Shown: one piece after another, positions 26,121 through 37,200 of the stretch
Position numbering within the stretch: the stretch's first letter is position 1
Layout: each line of letters begins with the position of its first letter
Source of the DNA: a virus
Length of the DNA: 64,000 nucleotides
Strand: one strand, 5' to 3'
Virus record (IMG/VR): IMGVR_UViG_3300032893_000031
Coordinates: 8,552-72,551 of that record
Notes under the pieces: model-generated
Databases searched by the model: none
Seen by the model: only the letters and a program-made list of their open reading frames with translations
Told to the model about the DNA's origin: nothing
Program-made: the position numbers and the translations under genes

Positions 26121-27461
26121 TCATTCTCCATTGCCAGCAAGGACTTCCTCTGGCTCCGGCACTTCGGTATCGGTGAAATTGATGCCCGTTTCCTCAGCCT
26201 CGTTGATTTCCGCCACTAAATCGCGCACGGCATCCAGCGAGATTTCCACCGGCTGGCCCTTGAGCATGTCCGCGACTTCCATCAGGTGGTCGGCGGCCTC
26301 CTGCACGGTGTTGCCGACGCCGTTGATGGAGCCGATGCAGGCGGTGTGGAAGTGGTTGCGCGGGAAATGCAGGACATCGCCCGCCAGCATGGCCTCGCGA
26401 GGGTTCAGCCACGGCCAGAGCTTGTCCTCCACGCGGATGGAGCGCCAATCGCGGAAGCCATCGGCATGGTCCATCAGGCATTCGATGACAACTTTGCAGG
26501 CGGGTTCGATTTCAATGCTTTCGCCCGCACCGGCGGCGTAAAGGAGTTGCGGAAGATTGCCGTAAGCCTGTAGCTGGCAGGAGCCGGATGGGAACCCCAA
26601 CCGGGTGGTGATGTCGGTAAGGACGTTTTCGGTTTTGGTCTTGCGCTGCTCGGTGCTGAGGAAATTGCTGTAGCGGTATTTGGCGAGCGTCGGCAAGAGC
26701 GGTTCGAGGACCGAAGTGATTTGCGGGTCAAGGTCGGCATACGGACGGATGAACGAGCAGTAGGCTTGGTTCTTTTTTTCGACTCCGATGAGCGCATGGG
26801 ATGGCGCTTGGCCGTTGACGATGAGGAAGTCCCCGCCATCTTCGATGTCGGTCTTGATCTCGTCCTCGACCATGAAATCAATGAGTTCCTTGAACGGCCC
26901 GAATTTCACCGCCAGCTTGTCGAGCAGCCCGTTGTCTTGCTCCCATGACCGCCATTTTCGAGTCTCAAAATCCGCTCTCCAGCGGTCAATCTTCAAGAAC
27001 TTATTCTCCAACGGAGCAAGGTGCTGCGTCAGCCGGGAGATGCCTTTGATCGTGATGTATTCCGGCACGTCCATCCCGAGCTTGGATTGCAGTTTGCGGA
27101 AGCGGCTGCGATAGAGTTCAAGTTCCTGGCCTTCCTTGGAGCCAACAACCCGGTGCCCGAGGGATTCGAGGTAAACCTGTGCGCCGATGTGGCCGGTGTC
27201 GGGGAAGACGAAGAGCGAGATTTCCTCGAACTTGTCTCCCCGGGCCATCCTCAACCAAAAGTCGTTGCAGCGGTGGATTCCAAGATCAGCAAAACCGTCA
27301 CCCCATTGTTCCTCAACGCTCTGATGGTCCTCATCGAAGGGCGTGTGGTAGAGCACGCGGCCAAAGCCGTCGGGATTGATGGCCTGGGACAAGTGGAGGG
27401 CGAGATTGAAGAACAATCCACTGTCCACGATCAAAACCTTCTTGTCGCTCAGTTCGCTCAT
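26121..27461 (-). CDS. ATP-grasp-fold enzyme candidate
   Basis: Trimmed to ATG 27461 (ATGA overlap), 446 aa. The N-terminal KKVLIVDSG Rossmann-like start and overall layout resemble phage ATP-grasp / PurD-like proteins. Not verified. Confidence 0.4.
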   Translation of the reverse strand: MSELSDKKVLIVDSGLFFNLALHLSQAINPDGFGRVLYHTPFDEDHQSVEEQWGDGFADLGIHRCNDFWLRMARGDKFEEISLFVFPDTGHIGAQVYLESLGHRVVGSKEGQELELYRSRFRKLQSKLGMDVPEYITIKGISRLTQHLAPLENKFLKIDRWRADFETRKWRSWEQDNGLLDKLAVKFGPFKELIDFMVEDEIKTDIEDGGDFLIVNGQAPSHALIGVEKKNQAYCSFIRPYADLDPQITSVLEPLLPTLAKYRYSNFLSTEQRKTKTENVLTDITTRLGFPSGSCQLQAYGNLPQLLYAAGAGESIEIEPACKVVIECLMDHADGFRDWRSIRVEDKLWPWLNPREAMLAGDVLHFPRNHFHTACIGSINGVGNTVQEAADHLMEVADMLKGQPVEISLDAVRDLVAEINEAEETGINFTDTEVPEPEEVLAGNGE

Positions 27462-27789
27462 GCTGGTCCGTCGGTAAATCTTGGGCTGTTCCAAAGAGCA
27501 GCCGCATCCGTCGCGTTAGCAGCCTCGACCATCCGGCAACCGTATTGCCCGCACGCGATTGTCACGTCGCCGGTCACGCTGCTTCTCACGGGGTTGGCCT
27601 TCGCCCCACAACAAGGGCAGGTGCGCAAACGAATCTCCGTCGGCCACCAATGGCCTTGCGCCTCGGCAGGGCGAGGGTCGGAGTATTCATGGACAAAATA
27701 GCGGTCGTAATCATCGGCGTAATGGCGCTGGGCGAATTCTTCTTTCAGGTCGTTAGCCGGGTTTGGATTCTGTTGGGTGATCGGGTTCA
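27458..27789 (-). CDS. protein with C-terminal Lar-family zinc ribbon (restriction-alleviation-like)
   Basis: CPCCGAK...VTIACGQYGC...ATDAAALWNSP matches the Lar pattern CPFCG..v.C..C....A..WN. The start is uncertain: GTG 27789 overlaps the upstream gene by 37 nt. Confidence 0.5.
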
Positions 27790-28175
27790 CATGATTTTTC
27801 AACCACGCGGTCGTATTCGGGCCATGATATTCCCATCGCTGCGGCCAGCAGGCGCTCGATGTTCTCGGCAAAGACGTGCTCTTTGTTGTAAGGCGCGCGC
27901 GGATCATGGCCGGGCTCCTCATCGTCGGCGTGCTTGCCGGCCGTCCGCTCAGCTTCCCACATGTGATCAAAGGCCAGAATCTCAGGCTCGGACAGCCCGC
28001 GGCGGCGTGTCAGGTGTTCCTCGATGCGTTCGTGCATCTCGATCAGGAATTCCATGTCCTCGTTACCAAGGCTGTTGACACGAACCTGCAATGTCCCGTC
28101 CGGTTCGAGCCAGTAATCGCCGCAAGTGGTGTACCTTTGCTCGACGTATGGAATGGTCTTTTTGACGACGTTCAT
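27753..28175 (-). CDS. hypothetical protein, 140 aa
   Basis: ORF track; coupled to the small acidic ORF upstream. Confidence 0.5.
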   Translation of the reverse strand: MNVVKKTIPYVEQRYTTCGDYWLEPDGTLQVRVNSLGNEDMEFLIEMHERIEEHLTRRRGLSEPEILAFDHMWEAERTAGKHADDEEPGHDPRAPYNKEHVFAENIERLLAAAMGISWPEYDRVVEKSCEPDHPTESKPG

Positions 28176-28303
28176 TCAGGAAGGCTTTCTACCGGAGCGC
28201 GGAGCACATCGGCAAGTTGTGGGCACTGGGGCGGGTCGGCCTCTTGTGATTCTTCCACTTGCGGCTGAGAATCGGTGTCATCTTCGGCTGGGCCTTCGGG
28301 CAT
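28172..28303 (-). CDS. small acidic protein, 43 aa (below ORF-track cutoff)
   Basis: Hand translation gives MPEGPAEDDTDSQPQVEESQEADPPSAPQLADVLRAPVESLPE. It starts 5 nt after the portal stop, and its stop overlaps ATG 28175 (ATGA). Confidence 0.35.
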   Translation of the reverse strand: MPEGPAEDDTDSQPQVEESQEADPPQCPQLADVLRAPVESLPE

Positions 28304-28308
28304 AGGGC

Positions 28309-30540
28309 TTAGTTTTGGAAAGCCTGCATTCTGTTTTGGCGGCGAATCGTGCTCGCGGTACTGGCGTCCGCAAGAGCCATATTTTGTCGCGTCCTCGCAA
28401 GTTGGGTTTGCAAGTGGACCCTGGCCTTGGCCTGCTTGATCGCAATGTCCGAACGCGCTTTCGCCGCCGCCAATGCCTGATCACTCATCGCCGCCTGCGT
28501 CTTTTGCTGTTGGGCCTGCTGCTGCTTCTGCATTTTGGCCACGGTCTGCCTAAGCTTGTCGGTGAAGCTCGAAACCTTTTTGAGTTGGGCCAACAGAACC
28601 TTGAAGATTTGCTTTCGCATCGGGTCTTGGGCGAACCGGCGCAGGTGCGCCAGCACAGCCGGGCCGGCCAGTTGCAGGAACGCCAACACCTGCATGGGGT
28701 TGCCGCCCTGCTGTAGCGATTGAAGCGCCTGAGTCGCGGCTTGCAGGATGCCCGCCGCAAACTTCACCGGGTTCTGCTCGCTGGTAATCGGCGGGGCCAT
28801 TCCCTGGCGCATCATGCTGATTGCCTGAGCGAGCATCCAATCCTGCTCGTCAGCCATCTTCTTGGCCTGCTTAGACGGGTTGTAGCGTTCGACTGACGCC
28901 GCGCCAGCCGTGGCGGCGATTCGGTCGTTCAGCCAGTTATTCCTGCCTTCTTCTGGCAGGCTGGCGACATCGGGGCGCATGGCCTCCAATGCCTCACGGC
29001 GCAGGAATGGATTGCCCTCGCCAACGACGCGCACGGCGTTGACGGCTTCAATGCGACCAAAGCACTCGCGGGGGACACCTTTCTTCACGCACGCCTCCTG
29101 AAAGGCTTTGGCGCGGGCATGGGTGGAGTTCGGGTTGCACAGCCGCCGGACGATCTCGAAATACAGGACATCAAGCTGCTGGTAATAGCGGTTGATGCCC
29201 GTGCGGTTGAGGGCGCTTTCCTTCGAGGCTTCCAGCATGACCTCCTTGGCGGTCGCCGGATTGCCCGGCATATCCATCCGGGCGGTCTGGCGGTAATTCG
29301 ACAGGTTGGAGCGCATGAGTTCGCTGCTGGTGCGGAACATCGCCAGCCCGTCCTGCATCAGCCCGGCAATCGGATTCTGCACGACATCAGTCCCCGCCGG
29401 AATCTTGCCCCAGTCCCCGAAGGTGGTGAGCGTGAACTTCTCCGAGGATGACGCCGATCCGAACTTGAAGAAAATCTTGGGCGCAAACGCCTTGTCCATC
29501 AGGTTGCACAACAGGCGATTCTCATAGACCATCGCCCCGTACATCTTCACCCCCAGGCCGGTGACGGTGTAGTGCCAGCCGCCGTTGCCGCGGTCAAAAT
29601 ACATCGGATGCACGCATTCGGTGAAGGAGTTGTAACGCTCGAAGTGGAAGAACAGGTACTTGGGCTCGGCATTGGCCATGCCGTCGCGCTGGACAATCGC
29701 GTGTGTGATCTTCCCGCTGAATTCCTTCCAGAACACATGGGCCAGCGGCACGATCTTGCTCTCGTCCACGAAATTGAGGGAATTCTGCTTGTACTGGTCC
29801 TGAAAGAATTCCCGGTCCCACGCGCGGGTGGATGGCTGCTGAATGTCCATCGCGTTGGCGATCACCCGCTGGGTGTAATCAATATCCCAGCCTCGGCTCA
29901 CGGCGGCTTCTTCATCGCGGATGAAGGCATAGACCTCAGGCGGGTAGTAATCCACGTCAATCGAACAAACCTCCCAGCGGCGGACGGTGGCGGGCGTGCG
30001 CTCGGGAACCTTGAGATCGCCGTCGTGAAGGGAGCGTGGGAACGGGTTGTCGTTGTCCTCGAACATGAACGGCCCACGCCCGTGCAGCACCATCTCGTTC
30101 TGGCTTTGCTGCTGCTCGAAGTCCCAATCTAGGGTTGGGTCTTTGAACTGCGCCTCGGCTTCGGCGGACATGATGCGCGACCACGCATCGCGTTCCTCGG
30201 GCTTGCCGTGGCCAGTGCGGATGGACACCACGCCGGGGGCCTCGTGGGCCAGGTCGTAGTAGGCGCCAACGCCGGATTCGACGGTGCTCCGGCCAGTCCC
30301 CCAGTTGACATTGCACGCTTCGGCGCGACCGGCGGCACGCAGGGCCGAATGGCGATAGGGCGGGTTGCCGTCGATCAGGCCGCGGACGGCTGCTCTTTTC
30401 TTGCTGCGCTCAATGTCGTTGGTGGTAAGCCGAATCACGAATTCCTGCACATCGTTCGCCGTGGCAAACCGCGTGGCGGGGACAGACCCAGTACTCGAGA
30501 TTGTGTCTAACGCGCCGGTAGGCTGATTTGGGGCACTCAT
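28309..30540 (-). CDS. portal protein candidate
   Basis: 743 aa, a typical size. The N-terminal RAAVRGLIDGNPPY-type segment and a long Gln/Ala-rich helical C-terminus resemble podovirus portals with a C-terminal barrel. Not verified. Confidence 0.55.
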   Translation of the reverse strand: MSAPNQPTGALDTISSTGSVPATRFATANDVQEFVIRLTTNDIERSKKRAAVRGLIDGNPPYRHSALRAAGRAEACNVNWGTGRSTVESGVGAYYDLAHEAPGVVSIRTGHGKPEERDAWSRIMSAEAEAQFKDPTLDWDFEQQQSQNEMVLHGRGPFMFEDNDNPFPRSLHDGDLKVPERTPATVRRWEVCSIDVDYYPPEVYAFIRDEEAAVSRGWDIDYTQRVIANAMDIQQPSTRAWDREFFQDQYKQNSLNFVDESKIVPLAHVFWKEFSGKITHAIVQRDGMANAEPKYLFFHFERYNSFTECVHPMYFDRGNGGWHYTVTGLGVKMYGAMVYENRLLCNLMDKAFAPKIFFKFGSASSSEKFTLTTFGDWGKIPAGTDVVQNPIAGLMQDGLAMFRTSSELMRSNLSNYRQTARMDMPGNPATAKEVMLEASKESALNRTGINRYYQQLDVLYFEIVRRLCNPNSTHARAKAFQEACVKKGVPRECFGRIEAVNAVRVVGEGNPFLRREALEAMRPDVASLPEEGRNNWLNDRIAATAGAASVERYNPSKQAKKMADEQDWMLAQAISMMRQGMAPPITSEQNPVKFAAGILQAATQALQSLQQGGNPMQVLAFLQLAGPAVLAHLRRFAQDPMRKQIFKVLLAQLKKVSSFTDKLRQTVAKMQKQQQAQQQKTQAAMSDQALAAAKARSDIAIKQAKARVHLQTQLARTRQNMALADASTASTIRRQNRMQAFQN

Positions 30541-30566
30541 GCTTTCAGGATGCCATATAACTATGG

Positions 30567-30595
30567 CTATACGCCTTCCTTGGCTCTCTGGTCAA
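30567..30595 (-). promoter_or_regulatory. sigma70-like promoter candidate for the portal operon
   Basis: Minus strand: TTGACC (30595-30590), 17-nt spacer, GTATAG (30572-30567), about 27 nt upstream of ATG 30540. Confidence 0.25.
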
Positions 30596-30624
30596 GGATT
30601 TCTGCTGGCGGTCCCGAAAGAGGC

Positions 30625-30942
30625 TTACGCCGGGGGCGCTGGTGCCGGAGCCGGGGCTGGCGGCGCGACGGCAGCATTCAACGCTGCGGTCTGCGCGTCC
30701 ACGCCCTGCTGGAATTGCAGGACTTGCGCATCCGGGGTGGAGTTAGCGGCGGCGTTGGTGATGGCGGCAGTCGCGGCGGTGACAGCGGCTGTCAGGTTGG
30801 TGAGCGAGGTATTCAGTTGGGCGACGGGGATCATATTGCTTGCGATGTTCGATAACAGGTCGTTCTGCTGCCTCAGTAGCCCGATGATTTCGGCCAGCTC
30901 TCGCCGGACGTGATCATGGTGCTGTGAGGCGTTCACGGGCAC
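30625..30942 (-). CDS. hypothetical helical protein, 105 aa
   Basis: ORF track; Ala/Thr/Asn-rich with a C-terminal PAPAPAPAPPA tail. Confidence 0.5.
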   Translation of the reverse strand: MPVNASQHHDHVRRELAEIIGLLRQQNDLLSNIASNMIPVAQLNTSLTNLTAAVTAATAAITNAAANSTPDAQVLQFQQGVDAQTAALNAAVAPPAPAPAPAPPA

Positions 30943-30964
30943 AGCCTAACACGCGATTGGACGC

Positions 30965-30994
30965 TTGACAAATTGCGTTAGCTTCGATTATTCT
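30965..30994 (+). promoter_or_regulatory. sigma70-like promoter candidate
   Basis: TTGACA (30965-30970), 18-nt spacer, TATTCT (30989-30994). It points away from both flanking minus-strand genes. Confidence 0.35.
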
Positions 30995-31024
30995 GCGCCT
31001 CGCAATGAGTTGGGATATTGGTTC

Positions 31025-31068
31025 ACCGGCTGGTCGGGCTGAGGTCCGAGCCAGCCGGTTGTTTTTAT
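31025..31068 (+). terminator. intrinsic terminator-like hairpin plus U-tract
   Basis: ACCGGCTGG (31025-31033) pairs with CCAGCCGGT (31051-31059), with inner TCGG/CCGA pairs. The stem is followed by TGTTTTTAT. The minus-strand reading lacks a U-tract. Confidence 0.5.
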
Positions 31069-31270
31069 GATTCAGAATCTCGTCTGTTCCGTCCCACGCA
31101 AGAAAGTCCTGCCGAAAGTTCCACACGCACACGTCCAGCAACACCCGTTGCATGACAGCGCGTTTTTGCTCTACCCGATTGAGAAGCACCAGTTCGTGGT
31201 GGACCCGATGGATGATTACAGATGCAAGCGTTGCCACCGGCCAAGGTGCCTTCACCTGACGCCTGATTAA
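31067..31270 (+). CDS. possible small ORF, 67 aa
   Basis: ATG 31067 sits at the end of the U-tract. Hand-counted third-position GC is about 68%, which is coding-like. Convergent with the giant gene and overlapping its stop by 4 nt. No homology recognised. Confidence 0.3.
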   Translation: MIQNLVCSVPRKKVLPKVPHAHVQQHPLHDSAFLLYPIEKHQFVVDPMDDYRCKRCHRPRCLHLTPD

Positions 31271-34200
31271 CGGGCGGGTGCGGCGGGCACTTGCTGGCGT
31301 AACCACGGAATTCCGGTTTCGAGCGTTTGGCCAATGGTCTCTGGCTTGCGCTTTGTCCCTTGGTCCTGCCACTCGGCGGCCTTCTGGACGGCGGCGGGGA
31401 TGAGGACGGACTTCGCCTGATCTTGCAACCAGCGGGCGCGGGTATAGGGGTTGCGCAGCTTCTCGATCTCCAATTCCTCTCGGATGAACGGCACTTGTTC
31501 GACCAGTCCCCATGCGGCGGCCATCACGCCCGCAGCGAGCCCCTGCGGTTCGGTGTCCTTCTTGCGGAGATAAGATTCTGACACCCGCCGAACAGTCGCC
31601 CCAATCTGCGCGGTTTCGAGCAAGGGATTGTGCAGGAGCCAACTCGGGACATCGTGGCCATAAACGCGGATTGATCCGGCGGGCACGTCACCTTTCTCGC
31701 GCTTCTTCCCCGGCTGATAGTAGCCGCCAACCACATTCGGATTGAAATAGCCCAGCAGGAGGACGGCTGCGCCCAGCGATCCCTTCTTCAACTCGCGCAT
31801 GATGAGGTCGGCCTGTTCGGGCTTGAGATTCTCGATGCCACGTGAGTAGGCGGCCATCAGCCGCACCGGGGCGCTCGCCAACCCGCCGACGTATTGCATG
31901 GTCTCGCCCACGATGTTCAAGGGCACCCGGACAATCGGCAGGGCCACACGGCCAGCTGTTGACCACGCCTTGCTGCCTGGGGTGGCGTGCCCAGTGGTCT
32001 TGTCAATCTTCTGCGAGAGAAAGGCCGACACCTTGGAGGCGATGAAGTTGTCTTGCAGGAAGATCGCCGCATTGGCCGCCTTGTAGGCTTCGACGGCAAT
32101 CCGGGTTTTGACAAACTCATCGTTGGGGTCCAACCCCTGCTTGGCGTAGAACTCGCCCAACCTTTGGACGGCCCGCTCGAACGCCGCGCGTTTCACCGGG
32201 GCCTTGAGCATCCCGTGAATCCTTCCAGGGAGCGCCAGCATCCGGCTGCCAAATTCGTATTCTCCGGTGTAGGACTCGGCGGCCTTGCCGTAGAGCACAT
32301 CTAGGTCGGTATGGCCTTTGCGGATCACATCGTAGGCGTCCTTCATGCCTTTGGTGAACGCCGCGCCGTATCCGGTCATCTCGGCTTTGAGATTCAGGCC
32401 GGCACCTTCCAGGGGCGCCTTCTCGGCCACGCCAGTTACGCCGGGTAAGCGCCGATAGGCCGTGCCGGCCAGATCCTCCAAGGGCAAGGTCGCCAGCCGT
32501 TGCAGGCCCGCCGAAATCAGCTTGGGCAGCACGACAGGCGAGGAAAGGACACCAAAGCGACGGTATTTGGTGGCCATATCTGCCGCCTTCTCCCAATTCG
32601 TGCGATTCTTGAGCCGGTCGGCCAGCAGGGCCTCGCGGAACCGCTTCTTCACCCGCTCGGCGGCGGCCTTGAGGCGCATGGCATCGGCGTCCAGTTCGAG
32701 GGTCCGGCGTGGGCGCGGGTCGAATTCCTTGTCGGCCAGCCGTTGCTCGTAATCCTTGATGCGGTTGGCCAGCGTGGTTTTCATCGTGTCCAACGCGGAC
32801 TTGAGTTGAGTCTCCGGGTCTTGGACGGGCACCTGGAACCGGAACTTCGCATCGTTCACCCGCTTGATTAGCTGGCGCTCGGCCTCGGTGGGGGTTCGGC
32901 GCTCGACGCCCGATTTGGCGGGCGGCACGCCTTTGGCCATGTCCTCCAGCTTGGCCAGTTGTTGGAGTTCACCCTTCATCCCGCGCAGGGCGACCGTGAT
33001 TTGGTCCTTGGTCAGCGTTTTGTAATCGCCGTAGCCTGAGAAGGCGTCCATGACTTCCCGGCGGGTGATGTTTGGGTCGGCCCCTTGCATGACTTCATGC
33101 AGGGCATCCACCATCGCCTCACGCTCGGTGATGCCGTTGGCGTAGAGCAGGCGGGCAAGCTGTTGAAGCATGAACGGAATCTTCTCCTTCTGCTTCCTGT
33201 CCATCTTGTCTTTGATGGCCTTGCCAACGGCTTCCTTGGCCTCGGGCACGCTCATACCCCGGATGGCGGTCTTAACCGGCTCAGGCTTGCCGGCGGTCGC
33301 GGTGTTCAGCAATTCCTCGGCTTTGGCCCGGACTTCATCCAGGTGGGGGCGGACCCATTCGCCGACATCGGCAATCATCTTCGCCCCCCACTCGGCGGCG
33401 TCCACGATCTTGTGGGCAAGGTGGCTGGCACCAATCTCGGCCAGGTCGAGCAACACCGTGGGGTCAACCCCGGCGGTGGTGCGGCCCATGCGGGCGCGAA
33501 TTCGTTCACGCGCGGCATCAGCCTTCTTGTCCAGAGTGGAGACAATCTTGCGGGCGGCCTCGAGTACCTTGGGGTGAATGTCCAACCCTTTGGCGGACTC
33601 AGCCATCGCCCGCTTCATGGCCTCCTCGCGCAGCCGGTTCTCAGATTGAGTTCGGTAATCCTCGAAAGCCTTTTGCGCCCGCTCGATCTCGCCATGCAGG
33701 CGGGCGATCTCCGCGTTCTCGCCGTCGGTTAGAGGACGGCCGCCAACCGCCGCCCGCTTGTCCAGCATCATCTTGGCCAGCGTGAAATCCTCGTAGGCCA
33801 TCATCTTGCGGGCATTCAGGCCGCGCCCGGTCTCGGTGCCGACTTGCTTGCCGATGTCGTAAAGCTCCTGGAGTTTGTCCGAGAGGTTGGCCACACGGAT
33901 TTTCTCCGTTTCGGCGGCTTCGGTGCGGCCTTCGTCATGGGCGAGGGCTAGATCGCGGGTGGCCTTGCCGTATTCGTTTTGGAGGTCAACTTGGCGATGG
34001 AGCAACAGCGCATCCTCGGTGTCGTTCAAGGCTCGTGGCTTGGCCTTGAGGTCTGCAATCAGCCGGTCCTGGGTGTCGGGGTCGTGATCAATCATCGCCA
34101 TCGCCCGGTCCCAGACTTCGCCAAAACTGCGCTTGAGCGGTTGGATGGCTGGCGGCAAGCCGCGCGTGGCCCGCTCCTGATCAACCGTCGCGTTCTTGAT

Positions 34201-37200
34201 GCTGGTCGGTGTGCGGGGCGATTGCTCAAATTCCTGCGGGATGGCGCCGCCCATGCCGGGGCCGACAGCGGCGGGTTCTGGTGGCGGGGCTTCCGTCGTT
34301 ATGGATTCCTCGGGAGGATGTTGCAAGTCAACCCCAGTATCAGGTTGCGCCATGCGAACATTCCTCGCCGCCAGATCAGCCGTCTTTTCGATCTTTCGCT
34401 TGGCAATTTCCAAGACTGGCGCGTACTTCTTTTTGTCCGCATCGCTCAGTTTGGAAACCACCGCATCTAAATCGGCTTGAGTTGGGTCAGGGTTTTCGTG
34501 CAGTTCACGAACCAAAGATTCAGAATCCATCGCTTCGGATTCTGGTTCGAGTGCAGCCTTTTCCTTCGCCGCCTGTTGCTCGAAAGATTCGGCGTTCCTC
34601 TCGAATTCGGCCAGCCGTTTTTGATTCTCTTCCAGCCGCGATTGCAGGTCCGCAAGTTCCTGTTTGTGCCGCGCCGTCTTGCGCTTCACCTTCTCAATCT
34701 TGGCAATGGCATCCCGAAAGCTCTGTGCGCCCTCTCGGTAGGTGGCAGCAGAGTCCCTTGCTTTCTCGGCCTTCGTTTCCAAAACACCGGCTTTTGTCCT
34801 CGGATACAACTCGCCGATGAGAGCGTCTGCCGCCTGTATCTGCGAATTCCATTCCTCCCGGCCAGCGGAATCTCGCGGTGGTTCCTGGGATTGCAGAGCG
34901 TTTTTCTGGCGCACTGCCGTTTGATACGCGGCCTCGGGACTGCCGTAGGCTTTGACGATTTTATCCGCCTGCTCGGACAACTTGCCTTCGCCTCCTGACG
35001 GAACCGGCTTGGTGGATTGCGAAGTCGTTTTTATCCTCGCCGCCCGGTCGCGTAATTCAAGCAACTCAGGACCGCTCCGAACAACCGTAAACTCTCCGTC
35101 GTTGGGGATGCTGATGGTAGCTTTGCCTTTCCCAACAGCACCAGCGGCGGCAATCACGCGGCGGGCATCCTCAAGGCTGTCCTCCTTGCTCGAGTACCAA
35201 GCCTTGCCTCTGCCTGGACCGCCAGAAACCGTCACCTTGAATTTGCCATCTTCTTCGACAATATCGCCGTAAGCCGTGCCCGCGACATAACGACCATCAC
35301 CCCGGTCCACCAACGGAGTTTCCTTTTCAGATTCCTTGATGACAGAATCAATCTCATCTTCGAGGGCGTCAACAATCCCCTCTTTGGCTTGGCGGGCTTT
35401 CTTTGCGCCTTGTTTGGCGGCGATCTTGGAAACCGTTTCGGCGGCCTTCGCGGCGGCAGCGGGACTGGAGCTTTCAACGGCGGGCTTGGCCGTCGGAGCC
35501 TCCGACGGCTGCGCGATGGTCTTGGTTGGGGGGGCGGGTTGTGGCTTTGAACTTAGTTCGCCTTCTGGCAAATCAATGCCTTGTCGCGCAAGGAAGGCGT
35601 TGACCTTTGAGCCGATGTTTTTGAAAAACTCAACCTTGTCGCCCTGCGAACTGGACTCCCTCGTCGTGTATCGGTCCAGATATTTCGCAATGTCCGACTT
35701 GGTTTTGCCAAGCTCTTTGAGGCGTCGAGCCGCGATGACCGCGCTAATGAACCTGTCGCTATTCGGTTTTTCTTCAACTCCACGTTCAACCGCTGACACA
35801 AGCGCAGAGGCAAGCAGGTCGGGATCGGTTTCCTCGGCAATTTCCGCTGGATTGAGCCGCCGGTCGGTCTCCCATGATTTCCAGGGTCCGGCGCGTTGGT
35901 TGAATGGCCCATCGAAGAACGCTTCTAGCCTCTTGCGCTGATTGGGGCTGAGGGTTTTTTCAAAGCGAGTTGTCTCGCCTTCCCGCATCAAAAGCTCTTG
36001 AAGCCTCTTGGCCTGCTCTGCGGTGATGCCGATTTGCTCTTGGTAAAGCTGGCGCTCTTCCTCAAGGCGCTTCTTTCGGAACTTGAGAATATCAGCAATC
36101 GAATTGAACGACTCGGGTTCAGGTGCTTGGACGATATTGGTTTTTGGAGCAGCCTCCGCACCCTTTGCCCCCTTCGCCTTCTCGGGTTCGGTGGGTGGTG
36201 CCGGTTCGGCGCTGGCGGGTGCCGTGGGTGCAGGCTTCTCAGCAGGCTTCTCCACCTTCTCCAACTCGTAATCCACCGGCAAGAGCTTGCTCGAAATCAA
36301 ATCCTCGCTGTGCAGGCGGCGGTCCTTGTCGAAGGGCTTACCAGTCTCCTTCTCGTAGATCGCCTTGGCTTGTTCGCTGTCGGCGGGGATGAAGGTGTTA
36401 TCCGGCAGCAGGTAGCCGCGCAGATGCTCGTTGTCATCAGGGATGGACTCGCCCTTGCCGCGAGCCTCACCGATGGCCTCGGAGTGCGTGCGTCCGGTGT
36501 AATAGCCGCCCGGCGCATTGATGGCGGGGCGCAGCGGCGGGACAGCCGCTACATCCGGTTTCGCGGGTGCTTCGGGTTCGGGTGCTTTCGCGCCCCCTTC
36601 ACGCCCTCTTTCATCATCTTTCGTGACTGCGCCTTCGACGGGCACTTCCCGTGCGCCTTCTCCGGGTGCGTTGCGCACAGGGCGAAGAAGTTGTGGGCTT
36701 TCTGGCTGTACGGCATTTGGACCTTTCTCTGGTTGCGGCTTGGGTGCAATCGCTTGTTCCGCCAACGCGGCGGCGGTCGCGGGCGCCCCGGCCTGTTTGG
36801 TTTGTTGAACGGCGGCGGCCACGCCCGAGGGCATCATCTGGCCGATAACTTGGCGGTCAATGTGCTTCTCGATCTCGTCGAGATACACGGGGTTGCGGAC
36901 CATCTGGTGCATGGCCTCGGCAGCCCGCTGCAAATCGGTTTGGCTGGCCTGAGTGTGGCTTTGGACTTTGGAGAGCAAGCCCGGAGCTTCCATCAGCAGC
37001 CACGCGCTGTTGGCCGTCACGTTCTCCACCAGCATCTTCTTGCGCTCGTCGGGTGCGGCGGCGATGTACTTGGGCAGGTCCACGCCCGCCATGAAAAGCT
37101 GCATCCCGCCCTGAGAAGCCAATGCCTCGACGGACTTCTGCACGATTGGTCGGCTGGCCGATGTGATGCCACGGTCAATGGCCTCGACCAAGAGCTTGCT

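Noticed and set aside
30914-31642. 242-aa minus-strand ORF spanning the gap and the 3' end of the giant gene
   Set aside because: It is out of frame with the 2209-aa gene, which it overlaps, and its product is Arg/Pro-rich. The gap is better explained by the plus-strand promoter and terminator unit.
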